NCBI GenBank assembly: GCA_050739415.1
Contig: JBOIBD010000001.1
Location: forward strand, 760 to 64,759
Source of the DNA: Gammaproteobacteria bacterium
GTDB lineage: Bacteria > Pseudomonadota > Gammaproteobacteria > Natronospirales > REEB76
Length of the DNA stretch: 64,000 nucleotides
Reading direction: 5' to 3'
The first letter of the stretch is position 1; the number at the start of each line of letters is the position of its first letter. Under the pieces are notes generated by a model. That model saw nothing but the letters and a program-made list of their open reading frames with translations, was not told where the DNA came from and made no database searches. A program made the translations under genes and the position numbers. Shown here piece by piece: positions 38,699 through 47,212 of this stretch.

Positions 38699-39155
38699 CC
38701 AGCTCTCCGTAACATCCTGCCAAATCCGATCACTACGCACGCACTTCTCCACGACCCAGTGCACCGCACAGGGCTTCGCCCGTTACCCCTGTACGCAGGG
38801 ATTCAAGGCGCCTCCAGTAATCTTTTTGAGTTCTTATTCTCGGTCGGGGAAGACCGGGTCACGGCATCCATTATACAAAATGCATGCTCGAATGTAGAGG
38901 AGTCCGACGGACGGAACAGAAAAGCCGATGGACGGCAACCACTAGCTGCGACGATAGCTCATCGTCTTGCCGGGAAAAACGGCATCAGTCTAGTGTTTCA
39001 GGGCAAATACGTCTGAGCCAGCGAGGTAAATGAGGCACCGGCAGGACAACCAGCACTTGCAGGATAATTCCGGCAAAATCACTACATCGCAACCGCACGA
39101 GAGGGCAAGTCGTTCCTCGTTACTGCTCACGTCTGAGTGTCAATCGCTCATAGCC

Positions 39156-40127
39156 TCAAATGGTCGCCAACGCTTTTTTTGCTTCCTTGAAATCTGGATC
39201 GAGCTTCAGCGCGGCTTCGTATTGGGCTTTCTCATCGACCTTGTCACCGGTGGCACCGTACAGCATACCGAGCCGGTAGTGCGCCCATTTGTAAGTTGGG
39301 GTGTCCGGATGCCAATCATGTGGCATGGTTAGATATTTCTGCAGAGCCTGCATTCCTGCCTGCACATTGTTCTTGCCAAGCACCGCACTGAGGCCGACAT
39401 AATAATAGTTGATACTATTGTTCGGATCTTTGCTGATTCCGTCCTGCAAGGCAGCAATCGCATCGTTAAACCTTTTCTGATTCAAGAGAAACAAGCCAAG
39501 CTGAGTATTGGCTTCGCCGGTCTTGTCGAGTTTAACGGCAGCACGCAGGTAACCCTCGGCTTGCTTGTTATCCTTGTTTTTCATGGCCAATGTGGCGCGA
39601 GCAATGGCAGCCTGAACGGGATCGAGCTTGTCCAATGCCGCAATTTGTTCCTTCGCCTTGTCGGTACTGCCACCAGCAATGCCTGGTGCCGCGATGTAAT
39701 ACTGGAACAAACTGAATTGCGCATCGGTACTCTCCGGATCCGCTTGCACGGCCTGTTGGTATGCCGCGAGGATCTTGTGGGCGATACCGAGCTTACTAAA
39801 AAAGCCCACATCATCGACATACGCTGCATATGCATCGCCCTGCAAAATTTGATAGCTGGCGTTTTTAGGTGCAAGTGCCACGGCTTTCTCGGCCCAGTCC
39901 ACGCCGGTTTTATTCTGTCCCTGGGATAGATAGACCTTGGCCATATCTGCTGTCGCTGCCGCGTCTTTTGGGTCTTTCTGCAAGGCCATCTGGAAATACG
40001 CCTGGGCGCCAGCGTAATTCTCCATTTCCAGCATTTGCATACCCGGATTAGACGGAACTGCCGCGCTGGCGCTTATGGCCAATATAAGCCATGCGATGGT
40101 AAGTCCGATTTGTAATGGATATTTCAT
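39156..40127 (-). CDS. secreted TPR-repeat protein (paralogue 2)
   Basis: ORF 39156..40169(-) trimmed to ATG 40127 (GGAGAT upstream): MKYPLQIGLTIAWLILAISASA signal peptide. 323 aa, roughly half to 60% identical by eye to paralogue 1. Confidence 0.8.
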   Translation of the reverse strand: MKYPLQIGLTIAWLILAISASAAVPSNPGMQMLEMENYAGAQAYFQMALQKDPKDAAATADMAKVYLSQGQNKTGVDWAEKAVALAPKNASYQILQGDAYAAYVDDVGFFSKLGIAHKILAAYQQAVQADPESTDAQFSLFQYYIAAPGIAGGSTDKAKEQIAALDKLDPVQAAIARATLAMKNKDNKQAEGYLRAAVKLDKTGEANTQLGLFLLNQKRFNDAIAALQDGISKDPNNSINYYYVGLSAVLGKNNVQAGMQALQKYLTMPHDWHPDTPTYKWAHYRLGMLYGATGDKVDEKAQYEAALKLDPDFKEAKKALATI

Positions 40128-40155
40128 CTCAATATCTCCATAAAACTTATGAAAT

Positions 40156-40722
40156 CTAGTCATTTCCACTGAGCCTTTGCTGGCAGTCTGTCACATCCTT
40201 GTCCTGAATCACGGCATATTGCTTGAAAGCTGGAACATCCGCGGCAATCGCGTCCTGTAGATGCTCGAGCTTTTGTGCGCTGATGCAGATCGGCAGTACT
40301 GTTTTTTTGAACTCAGCGGCACTCTGATTGGCTTTCTGTTCAATGTCCTTTTCGCTTTTGCCGTTGAATAGGCCACTGAATACGTCGCCGACGATGCCTG
40401 CTGCAAAACCACCTGCATGCTTGGCAATCGTCAATCCTTCTTTTTCCATTTGTTGCGTAGTCTCAACGTATTGCGCCAGGTTATCCTTAACCTTCGGCAC
40501 GACGGCAATACTTTTGTTTTCGATCGCCAATGTGCCATCCTGCGTGATGACAGCCTGATGACCTTCATCATTAGTGATAATTACCTGCCCGTCCTTTGTT
40601 TCTATGCTGTGATGTCCGTTGTTGAACAGGTAATTGAAATTATTACCGGCTTGCGGTGTACCTCTGGAGCATCCGGAAAGAACAAATACGGACAAGGCAA
40701 ATAGAAATACTCCAGCTTTCAT
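40156..40722 (-). CDS. lipoprotein, unknown function (weak resemblance to YggN/DUF2884 periplasmic proteins)
   Basis: ORF 40156..40776(-) trimmed to ATG 40722: MKAGVFLFALSVFVLSGCSRG (lipobox LSGC); 188 aa. The ITNDEGHQAVITQDGTLAIENKSI pattern recalls DUF2884, with low certainty. Confidence 0.6.
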   Translation of the reverse strand: MKAGVFLFALSVFVLSGCSRGTPQAGNNFNYLFNNGHHSIETKDGQVIITNDEGHQAVITQDGTLAIENKSIAVVPKVKDNLAQYVETTQQMEKEGLTIAKHAGGFAAGIVGDVFSGLFNGKSEKDIEQKANQSAAEFKKTVLPICISAQKLEHLQDAIAADVPAFKQYAVIQDKDVTDCQQRLSGND

Positions 40723-40756
40723 GAGACACCTAAAACTACTGTATTGCTGATACATA

Positions 40757-41917
40757 TCATGCATTCCGCAAGGCATCGGCCACCTGCAAGCGGCTCATTC
40801 TCAACATGGGTATCAAACCCGACAACAATCCAAAGATAATGCTTAGTACGACCCCCAACCCAGCTGCAGACCAAGTCATACCGAAGGCTCTAAGGGTATA
40901 GCCCACATAAGGCATCAACATACGTGTCACTGCATACCCCAAGATCAGACCCAGAACTCCGCTCGAAACGACTAATAGCAAAGATTCCCGCAACACCAGC
41001 CATACCAGCCATGACGGTTTGAAACCAAGTGCCCGGAACATGGCGAATTCCGCGATGCGTTCCTGAACCGACTGAGCCATGGTGTTGCCGATGATAAGCA
41101 GCATGCTAAAGAATACAGCGATTCCTACGTAGGTAACTATGGCGCTGATGTTGGCAAACTGCCTTAGATAACCGATAGAAGATGCTTCCTCAGATTGCGT
41201 CACGGTCTGTGGTGTGGAATTTTCAAATAGTCTGTCGATAGCACCGGAAATCTGAGCAGCATCGCGCGGATCTTTGATCCGCTCCCTGTAGTTGCCAACC
41301 CTGTTCTGCTTCTGAATGTTGCCAATTGCCTGATTGTAGTATTGATAGTGCGCCGCAAAATAACTCTGGTAGGTTGTAGGTAGATCCGCATGGTAAATAC
41401 CGTCAAGATGGAAATACCAGGTGGTGCTGCCATCTTTTTGCATAGGACCGTCTTGCAGGGGGATGGTTTCGCCGAGTTTCCAGCCCATGTGCTTGACCAG
41501 TTGTGCACCAGCGATGGCGCCCTGCTGGTCCGCCAGCCATGCCTGTATTTGGGCTGTCGGCACATGAAATTCTGGGAACACCTTGAGATATTGGTCGACG
41601 TTGGTTACATCAACTGAAAACTTGTGCTTTGTATCCCTGAAGTAACCGTGGAACCCGGCTAGATAAACCACCGCGGTCACGCCTGGCACAGCGGCAATCT
41701 TTTTGTAATAACTCAAGGGCAGCCCCAAGTCTGCGGTTACATCATTTAAAGTAACCAGGCGCTCCGCAATATTGAACCGCAGTTGCCCCAACATACCCTG
41801 ACGCACTGCCGCCAATACACAGAACAACGTGAAGGCCACCACTACTGACAGGAACGTGAATATCGTTCTCGCTTTGCGGCGCTTCAAAGCTCCCCACACC
41901 AATGTGAAAGCATGCAT
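40757..41917 (-). CDS. ABC transporter permease, FtsX/MacB type (permease C, paralogue of permease A)
   Basis: 386 aa; N-terminal TM (IFTFLSVVVAFTLFCVLAAV), periplasmic domain of about 230 aa, C-terminal 3-TM FtsX domain (EFAMFRALGF...LQVADALR). Confidence 0.85.
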   Translation of the reverse strand: MHAFTLVWGALKRRKARTIFTFLSVVVAFTLFCVLAAVRQGMLGQLRFNIAERLVTLNDVTADLGLPLSYYKKIAAVPGVTAVVYLAGFHGYFRDTKHKFSVDVTNVDQYLKVFPEFHVPTAQIQAWLADQQGAIAGAQLVKHMGWKLGETIPLQDGPMQKDGSTTWYFHLDGIYHADLPTTYQSYFAAHYQYYNQAIGNIQKQNRVGNYRERIKDPRDAAQISGAIDRLFENSTPQTVTQSEEASSIGYLRQFANISAIVTYVGIAVFFSMLLIIGNTMAQSVQERIAEFAMFRALGFKPSWLVWLVLRESLLLVVSSGVLGLILGYAVTRMLMPYVGYTLRAFGMTWSAAGLGVVLSIIFGLLSGLIPMLRMSRLQVADALRNA

Positions 41918-41968
41918 TCCTGTGCCCTCACCATTCCATCTCGCATCAAGCTAGATGTGTAACGGTAA

Positions 41969-43132
41969 TTATGTCTCCCGCAAGGCTGTTGCCACCGGCA
42001 GGCGTGCGGCGCGAATGGCGGGGAAGATGCCGCCGATGAAACCCATGACGATTGCCAGTATCAATGCTGTCACGATCAATGCAGGCGTCACCGAAAAAGT
42101 AAACGCCATCATCGCGCCATTGCCAAGCGTACTGGCCTGATATCCATTAAAGACCAGATAAGCGATGATGGAAGCCGCGATGCCGCCGGCGAGACCCAGC
42201 ACTACGCCTTCCAGCACTATCGCGAACAGGATAGGAAAGCGCGCAAAACCCAGGGCCCGCAAGGTAGCAATGTCCTGCATGCGGTTGGCGATGTTGGAAT
42301 ACATGATGTTGATGGCACCGAATATGGCACCGATGCCCATGAGCAAGGTAATGATGCCACCGATCAGGTTAATCACGGTATTCAGATCGCCGCCGCTCTG
42401 CTCGAAACTGGTGCTTTCACGCACTACGTCAACACTCAACTGAGGATTGTGTTCCAGGGCTTTCTTGAAAGTTGCGAATGCGGCGGGTGATGTAAGACGC
42501 ACATAGGAATTGGAGTACTGATTGGCGGTGTTATAAGCCATCTGCAACTGGTTCACGTCAGTCCAGATTTCCGATTCCCGGATACCACCACTCTTGGCGA
42601 ATATACCTACGACTTTCCAGTCATGGTGATTCCACTTGAAGATATCACCGATGGACAACCCCCTGAATAAACGTTCCGCTTGCTGGCCGACGATAATCTC
42701 GTCCAGGCCAGGCTTGAACATGCGTCCCTGCACGATGTGAAAGCGCGGCCACACACCCGGCATATTCGGGCCCACACCGCGGAAAGTCGCACTGCCCAAC
42801 AGTCCGCTGCTGCGCGTGGGAATCTGCGCAGTCGCAAGGAATAGTCCCATCACCAGCGGACCGTTGGAACCCTGGGCTACGCCAGGCGCCTGACCAATGG
42901 CACGCAGCGCATTACCATCCAGCGTGCCGTTGTTCATGCTGACAATGGCGACATCGTCCGATCCGGTGTTGTCCAGCACAGCGCTGATGCCCTTCTGGAT
43001 GGATAGCACTGCAACGAATACCAGCACCACACCGAAGAAACCCGCTACGGCCACGAGAGAAGGTTTGAGCCGCCCACTCATGCTGCGCAGATTCCAGGCA
43101 CTTACCGCAAAGGTTTGCCGTAATCCAGCCAT
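41969..43132 (-). CDS. ABC transporter permease, FtsX/MacB type (permease B, distinct subfamily)
   Basis: ORF 41969..43153(-) trimmed to ATG 43132, 1 nt after the permease A stop. 387 aa; MacB_PCD-like periplasmic domain and FtsX C-terminus (IATLRALGF...LPVATALRE). Confidence 0.85.
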   Translation of the reverse strand: MAGLRQTFAVSAWNLRSMSGRLKPSLVAVAGFFGVVLVFVAVLSIQKGISAVLDNTGSDDVAIVSMNNGTLDGNALRAIGQAPGVAQGSNGPLVMGLFLATAQIPTRSSGLLGSATFRGVGPNMPGVWPRFHIVQGRMFKPGLDEIIVGQQAERLFRGLSIGDIFKWNHHDWKVVGIFAKSGGIRESEIWTDVNQLQMAYNTANQYSNSYVRLTSPAAFATFKKALEHNPQLSVDVVRESTSFEQSGGDLNTVINLIGGIITLLMGIGAIFGAINIMYSNIANRMQDIATLRALGFARFPILFAIVLEGVVLGLAGGIAASIIAYLVFNGYQASTLGNGAMMAFTFSVTPALIVTALILAIVMGFIGGIFPAIRAARLPVATALRET

Positions 43133-43133
43133 G

Positions 43134-44285
43134 TCATGACCTCCGCAATGCATCGGCCACTTGCAGGCGGGTTATCCGCTGCATTGGTACCAGTGCCGCC
43201 AGTATTCCGAAAATGATGCCCAGGATGATCCCCAAAACCGCCGCATTCCAGGTCATGCCAAACGTCAGCAGGACTTGTCCCGCCGCGGGCGCGAGTAGTC
43301 GTGTCATTCCAGCGCCCAGAATCAAACCGACGATAGCGGCAATTACTATTAACAACAAAGATTCCCGCAATACCAGCCAAGCCAACCACAGACGCTTGAA
43401 TCCCAGGGCCCGGAACATGGCGAACTCCGAAGTGCGTTCCCGTACCGACTGGGCCATGGTATTGCCGACAATGAGCAGCATGGTGAAAAACACCGCCAGC
43501 CCGACGTAAATCACCATGGCGCTGATATCGCCGAACTGGCGTATTCGGCTTACAGCCTCAACCGCTTCCGACTGGGTCAGAGTCTGTGGCGAGGAATTTT
43601 CAAACAACTTGTCTATCGCACTCGAAATTCGGACGCCATTACGCGGATCGTCCACGCGCTCAATATATTGAAACACCAGGTTCTGAAGCTTGACGTCGGC
43701 AACGCCCTCGTTGAAATATTTGTAGTGACTGATGAAAAAACTCTGGTAGGCGGCGGGTAAATCAGCATGGTAAATGCCGTTTAGATGGAAATACCAGGTG
43801 GTGCTGCCGTCTTTCTGCGCAGTCGTGGACTGGATGGGAATGGTATCGCCCACTTTCCAGCCCATGCGCTTCGCCAAAGACGGACCGACGATCACGCCCT
43901 GCCGGTCCGCCAGCCACGCCTGCACCTGCGCGGGTGGTACGACAGCTTCTTTGTATACTTGAAGAAACGTCGGTGAAAAGAACAGAGCCTGGAAACTGTT
44001 ATTCTTGTTCTTGAAATAGCCTTGGATCCCATTCAGATAGGTAACCGCCGTTACGCCCGGCACCGTTACGATCTTGTCGTAATAACTCAAGGGCAGCAGG
44101 CCCTGCGCCTTACTGTTCGTATCCAGTCGTTCCGCTACGCTCACACTTAATTGGCCCAACATGCCCTGACGCACGGCCGCCAGGACACAAAACAAAATAA
44201 ATGCCACCACTACGGACAGGAAGGTAAAAGTGGTGCGCGCCTTGCGACGTTTAAGTGCGCCCCAGATCAAGGTTGTCGTATTCAT
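43134..44285 (-). CDS. ABC transporter permease, FtsX/MacB type (permease A)
   Basis: 383 aa; its ATG forms an ATGA overlap with the ATPase stop (44282-44285). The first 45 aa are nearly identical to permease C (WGALKRRKART.FTFLSVVVAF.LFCVLAAVRQGMLGQL). Confidence 0.85.
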   Translation of the reverse strand: MNTTTLIWGALKRRKARTTFTFLSVVVAFILFCVLAAVRQGMLGQLSVSVAERLDTNSKAQGLLPLSYYDKIVTVPGVTAVTYLNGIQGYFKNKNNSFQALFFSPTFLQVYKEAVVPPAQVQAWLADRQGVIVGPSLAKRMGWKVGDTIPIQSTTAQKDGSTTWYFHLNGIYHADLPAAYQSFFISHYKYFNEGVADVKLQNLVFQYIERVDDPRNGVRISSAIDKLFENSSPQTLTQSEAVEAVSRIRQFGDISAMVIYVGLAVFFTMLLIVGNTMAQSVRERTSEFAMFRALGFKRLWLAWLVLRESLLLIVIAAIVGLILGAGMTRLLAPAAGQVLLTFGMTWNAAVLGIILGIIFGILAALVPMQRITRLQVADALRRS

Positions 44286-45001
44286 GCTTCCGGTTCCTGG
44301 CTCAGCACGCCCTTGTTCATGAACAGCGTACGCTCGGCCTTGGCGGCCGCATGCGGATCGTGGGTGACCATGATGATGGTCTTGCCATGTTCTTTATTGA
44401 GCAGCTGCAACAGTTCCAGAATCTCGTCGCCGGCTTTGCGATCCAGGTCGCCGGTGGGTTCGTCGCAAAGCAGAATCGTGGGATCGGTAACAATGGCGCG
44501 CGCGATGCCGACACGTTGCTCCTGGCCGCCGGATAGTTCGGAGGGTTTGTGTTTGGCGCGCTCCTCGAGGCCCACTAGTGTGAGCGCCGCCAGGGCACGT
44601 TTTTTGCGCTCGTGACCGCTGAGTTTGGTGAGCATGAGCGGCAGCGCCACATTCTGTTCGGCATTCAGCACCGGCAGTAAGTGATAGAGCTGAAACACAA
44701 AGCCCACATGGCGCGCGCGCCAACTGGAAAGTGCGCTATCGCTAAACTTGCCGATGTCCTGTCCGTCCACGATGACCGCGCCGGAAGTCGGCCGATCCAG
44801 GCCGCCCAGGAGGTTCATGAGCGTGGTCTTACCTGAGCCTGAAGGCCCCATGAGCGCGAGAAAATCTCCACGCGGCACATCCAGATCGAGGCGCTTCAGC
44901 ACTTCGACGGTCTCGGAACCGCGTTTGTAGAGCTTGGTGACGCCCTGCAGGCTCACCACATTGTCCGGCGCGGATTTGCTGTTCGCGGCAACTGTATTCA
45001 T
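44282..45001 (-). CDS. ABC transporter ATP-binding protein (MacB/LolD-like)
   Basis: ORF 44282..45016(-) (TTG) trimmed to ATG 45001 with AGGAGA 5 nt upstream. Walker A GPSGSGKTT, signature LSGGQEQR, Walker B ILLCDEPT; 239 aa. Confidence 0.92.
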   Translation of the reverse strand: MNTVAANSKSAPDNVVSLQGVTKLYKRGSETVEVLKRLDLDVPRGDFLALMGPSGSGKTTLMNLLGGLDRPTSGAVIVDGQDIGKFSDSALSSWRARHVGFVFQLYHLLPVLNAEQNVALPLMLTKLSGHERKKRALAALTLVGLEERAKHKPSELSGGQEQRVGIARAIVTDPTILLCDEPTGDLDRKAGDEILELLQLLNKEHGKTIIMVTHDPHAAAKAERTLFMNKGVLSQEPEA

Positions 45002-45068
45002 GGATTTCTCCTGCAATAATTTGCAAATTTCAAATGATAAACTTCATTGGCGTTCGGCTTGACCACCT

Positions 45069-46304
45069 TCACGGGCTCCCGTCTGCTTGAACACGTACCG
45101 ACTCGCCGTCGTGCAATGGCGATTTCGCGGAAACCACCAGAGTTTCGCCGCCCTTCAAACCGGAGAGTACGGTGACTTGACCGCTTGCGCCCGGCAAGGT
45201 TTTCACGCTTTGCTGTTTCACGCGGTTCTGCTCCACGAGATACACGTATTGGTTATTACCGTTACCGTGCACCGCGCTTTGGGGAATTGCAATCGTTACG
45301 ACACTCGGCTGGGCCTGGTTGTTCTGCTCAGCGTAGAACCATACCTGCACGCCCATCTGCGGCAGGATGCGCGAGTCGAGTTTGTTGAAGGCAATGCGCA
45401 CTTTGACGGTGGCTTTTTCCTTGTTGGCAGTCGGTACCACGCTGATGACGTGCGCAGGTATGTGCCAGTTGGGATACGCATCGAGCACCGCATCCACGCG
45501 CATGTCGTTATGTACGCGCTGGATGTAAGCCTCGTTCACATCTACATCTACTTCCAGCGACTGCATATCCACGAGTGTGCAAATTCCGGTCTGAGTGAAG
45601 CCGCCGACTGCGGCCGGTGAGATCATCTCACCAGGATGGGCGTATTTCTCAGTCACCACACCTGAAAACGGCGCTTGGATCACGGTATAACTGAGACCGA
45701 TGGTGGCCGCGTGCACATTGTCCTCATCCACTTTGACCTGCCCCTGGGCGTGCGCCAAAGTGGCTTTATCCATATCGACAGCCGCCTGAGCATTGTCCAG
45801 GTCTGACTGGCTCATCAAATGCTGCTGGGCAAGCGCCACGGTGCGTGTGAGATTCTGTTGATCCTTGAGCAATTGGGCCTGATTCTGGGCTACCAGCGCC
45901 TGATCGGCCTGTAATTGATTCTGGGCGCCGGCCAACAAGGCGCGCGCCTGACGATCATCGAGGCGCGCGAGAACTTCACCCTTTTTCACGCGCATGCCTT
46001 CCTGCGCATATACCGCGTTAATCATGCCTGTGATCTGTGAAGACACAGTGGCCTGCTGCTCCGCCACGACATAGCCTGATGCGTTCAGAATGCTGCCGCC
46101 GGACGCGTCGCCCCCCTGCACCACCACACTCTGCGTCTGGACCAGCACCGCACTCGGGTGCATAAACCACCAGGCCAGCACCACCGCGATAATCACAGCG
46201 ATGACCGCAATGCTACCGATCCACCAGCCACGGTGCACATGGCTGGGAGCCGGTGGTGCATCGCGGTCAATCTTCAGGGCGTTGAGTGCGTCTTTTTTGT
46301 CCAA
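45069..46304 (-). CDS. HlyD-family periplasmic adaptor (membrane fusion protein)
   Basis: 411 aa; TTG initiator with GAGGGG upstream; N-terminal TM (WWIGSIAVIAVIIAVVLAWWF), coiled-coil hairpin (LLAGAQNQLQADQALVAQNQAQLLKDQQNL), beta-barrel C-terminus. Confidence 0.88.
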   Translation of the reverse strand: MDKKDALNALKIDRDAPPAPSHVHRGWWIGSIAVIAVIIAVVLAWWFMHPSAVLVQTQSVVVQGGDASGGSILNASGYVVAEQQATVSSQITGMINAVYAQEGMRVKKGEVLARLDDRQARALLAGAQNQLQADQALVAQNQAQLLKDQQNLTRTVALAQQHLMSQSDLDNAQAAVDMDKATLAHAQGQVKVDEDNVHAATIGLSYTVIQAPFSGVVTEKYAHPGEMISPAAVGGFTQTGICTLVDMQSLEVDVDVNEAYIQRVHNDMRVDAVLDAYPNWHIPAHVISVVPTANKEKATVKVRIAFNKLDSRILPQMGVQVWFYAEQNNQAQPSVVTIAIPQSAVHGNGNNQYVYLVEQNRVKQQSVKTLPGASGQVTVLSGLKGGETLVVSAKSPLHDGESVRVQADGSP

Positions 46305-46331
46305 GGAAACCCCTCGTTAAATATGGTCTCG

Positions 46332-46371
46332 AATATAAATAGACAGGGTGAGCATCACAATGGAATTGTGA
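46332..46371 (-). promoter_or_regulatory. sigma70-like promoter of the HlyD/ABC operon with overlapping 7-3-7 palindrome
   Basis: Minus strand: TTGTGA (46355-46360), 17 nt, TATATT (46332-46337), 27 nt before the TTG start. Perfect palindrome TCACAAT-tcc-ATTGTGA (46355-46371) covers the -35. Confidence 0.5.
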
Positions 46372-46459
46372 CGAACCGTGGCGATGATGTGATGGAATGC
46401 AGATTGCGGAGCAATGACAGCACTGGCTTGGTCGCCGGATGCTTCAGGTTGCGCGGCAA

Positions 46460-47212
46460 TTAGACGGCGCCGAGAGCTGCTTCGGCCTTGTCGCGGTAGG
46501 ATCGGCTCATGGTGAGTTTACTGCCATCGCGCAGGATGACCACGCGGTCGCCATTGAACAACGGCTGAGTTTCCCGGATGGCTTCGATACGTACTATGGT
46601 CGAGCGGTGGATGCGTACAAATATCCGCGGATCGAGCTGGGATTCAATCTGGTTCATGGTTTCGCGCACCACGTGGGTTTCCTTGCCGGCGTGCAGGCAC
46701 ACATAGTTGCCGGCGGTTTCCAGCCAGTCCACGGCGTTGGTGCTCACAAACACGGTGCGACCCACGGACTTGACCGCAATGCGATTGAGATACGCGTTGG
46801 CCTGTTCTGGCGACGGTGAGGCAGTCGGCGAATTGGCTGCCCCCTTGGACTGAAGATGTTCCCGGACTTTTGCCAAGGCCTTGGCGAGGCGTTCACGATC
46901 AAAAGGCTTGAGCAGGTAATCCACGGTATGGCCGTCGAAGGCCGAGGCCGCGAATTCGGCAAACGCGGTAATGAACACCACTACCGGGCGCTGGTCTGCC
47001 GGTATTTTTTCCAGCAGAGCCAAACCCGTCATGCCGGGCATTTGCACGTCCAGCAACACCAGATCCGGCGTGAGCGTAGTGATGGCTTCCAGGGCCGCCT
47101 CGCCGTCGCCGCATTCGCCGATGATTTCCACATCAGTCACATCCGCGAGATAACGGCGGGTGCGCTGCCGGGATAACGACATGTCGTCAACGATCAGGGT
47201 ACGGATCTTCAT
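46460..47212 (-). CDS. LytTR-family response regulator
   Basis: Receiver domain (IRTLIVDDMSL, LVLLDVQMPGMTG, KPF) plus C-terminal LytTR DNA-binding domain (IAVKSVGRTVFVSTNAVDWLETAGNYVCLH...FVRIHRSTIV). Start ambiguous: in-frame ATGs at 47212, 47221 and 47230, all overlapping the kinase 3' end. Confidence 0.88.
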   Translation of the reverse strand: MKIRTLIVDDMSLSRQRTRRYLADVTDVEIIGECGDGEAALEAITTLTPDLVLLDVQMPGMTGLALLEKIPADQRPVVVFITAFAEFAASAFDGHTVDYLLKPFDRERLAKALAKVREHLQSKGAANSPTASPSPEQANAYLNRIAVKSVGRTVFVSTNAVDWLETAGNYVCLHAGKETHVVRETMNQIESQLDPRIFVRIHRSTIVRIEAIRETQPLFNGDRVVILRDGSKLTMSRSYRDKAEAALGAV

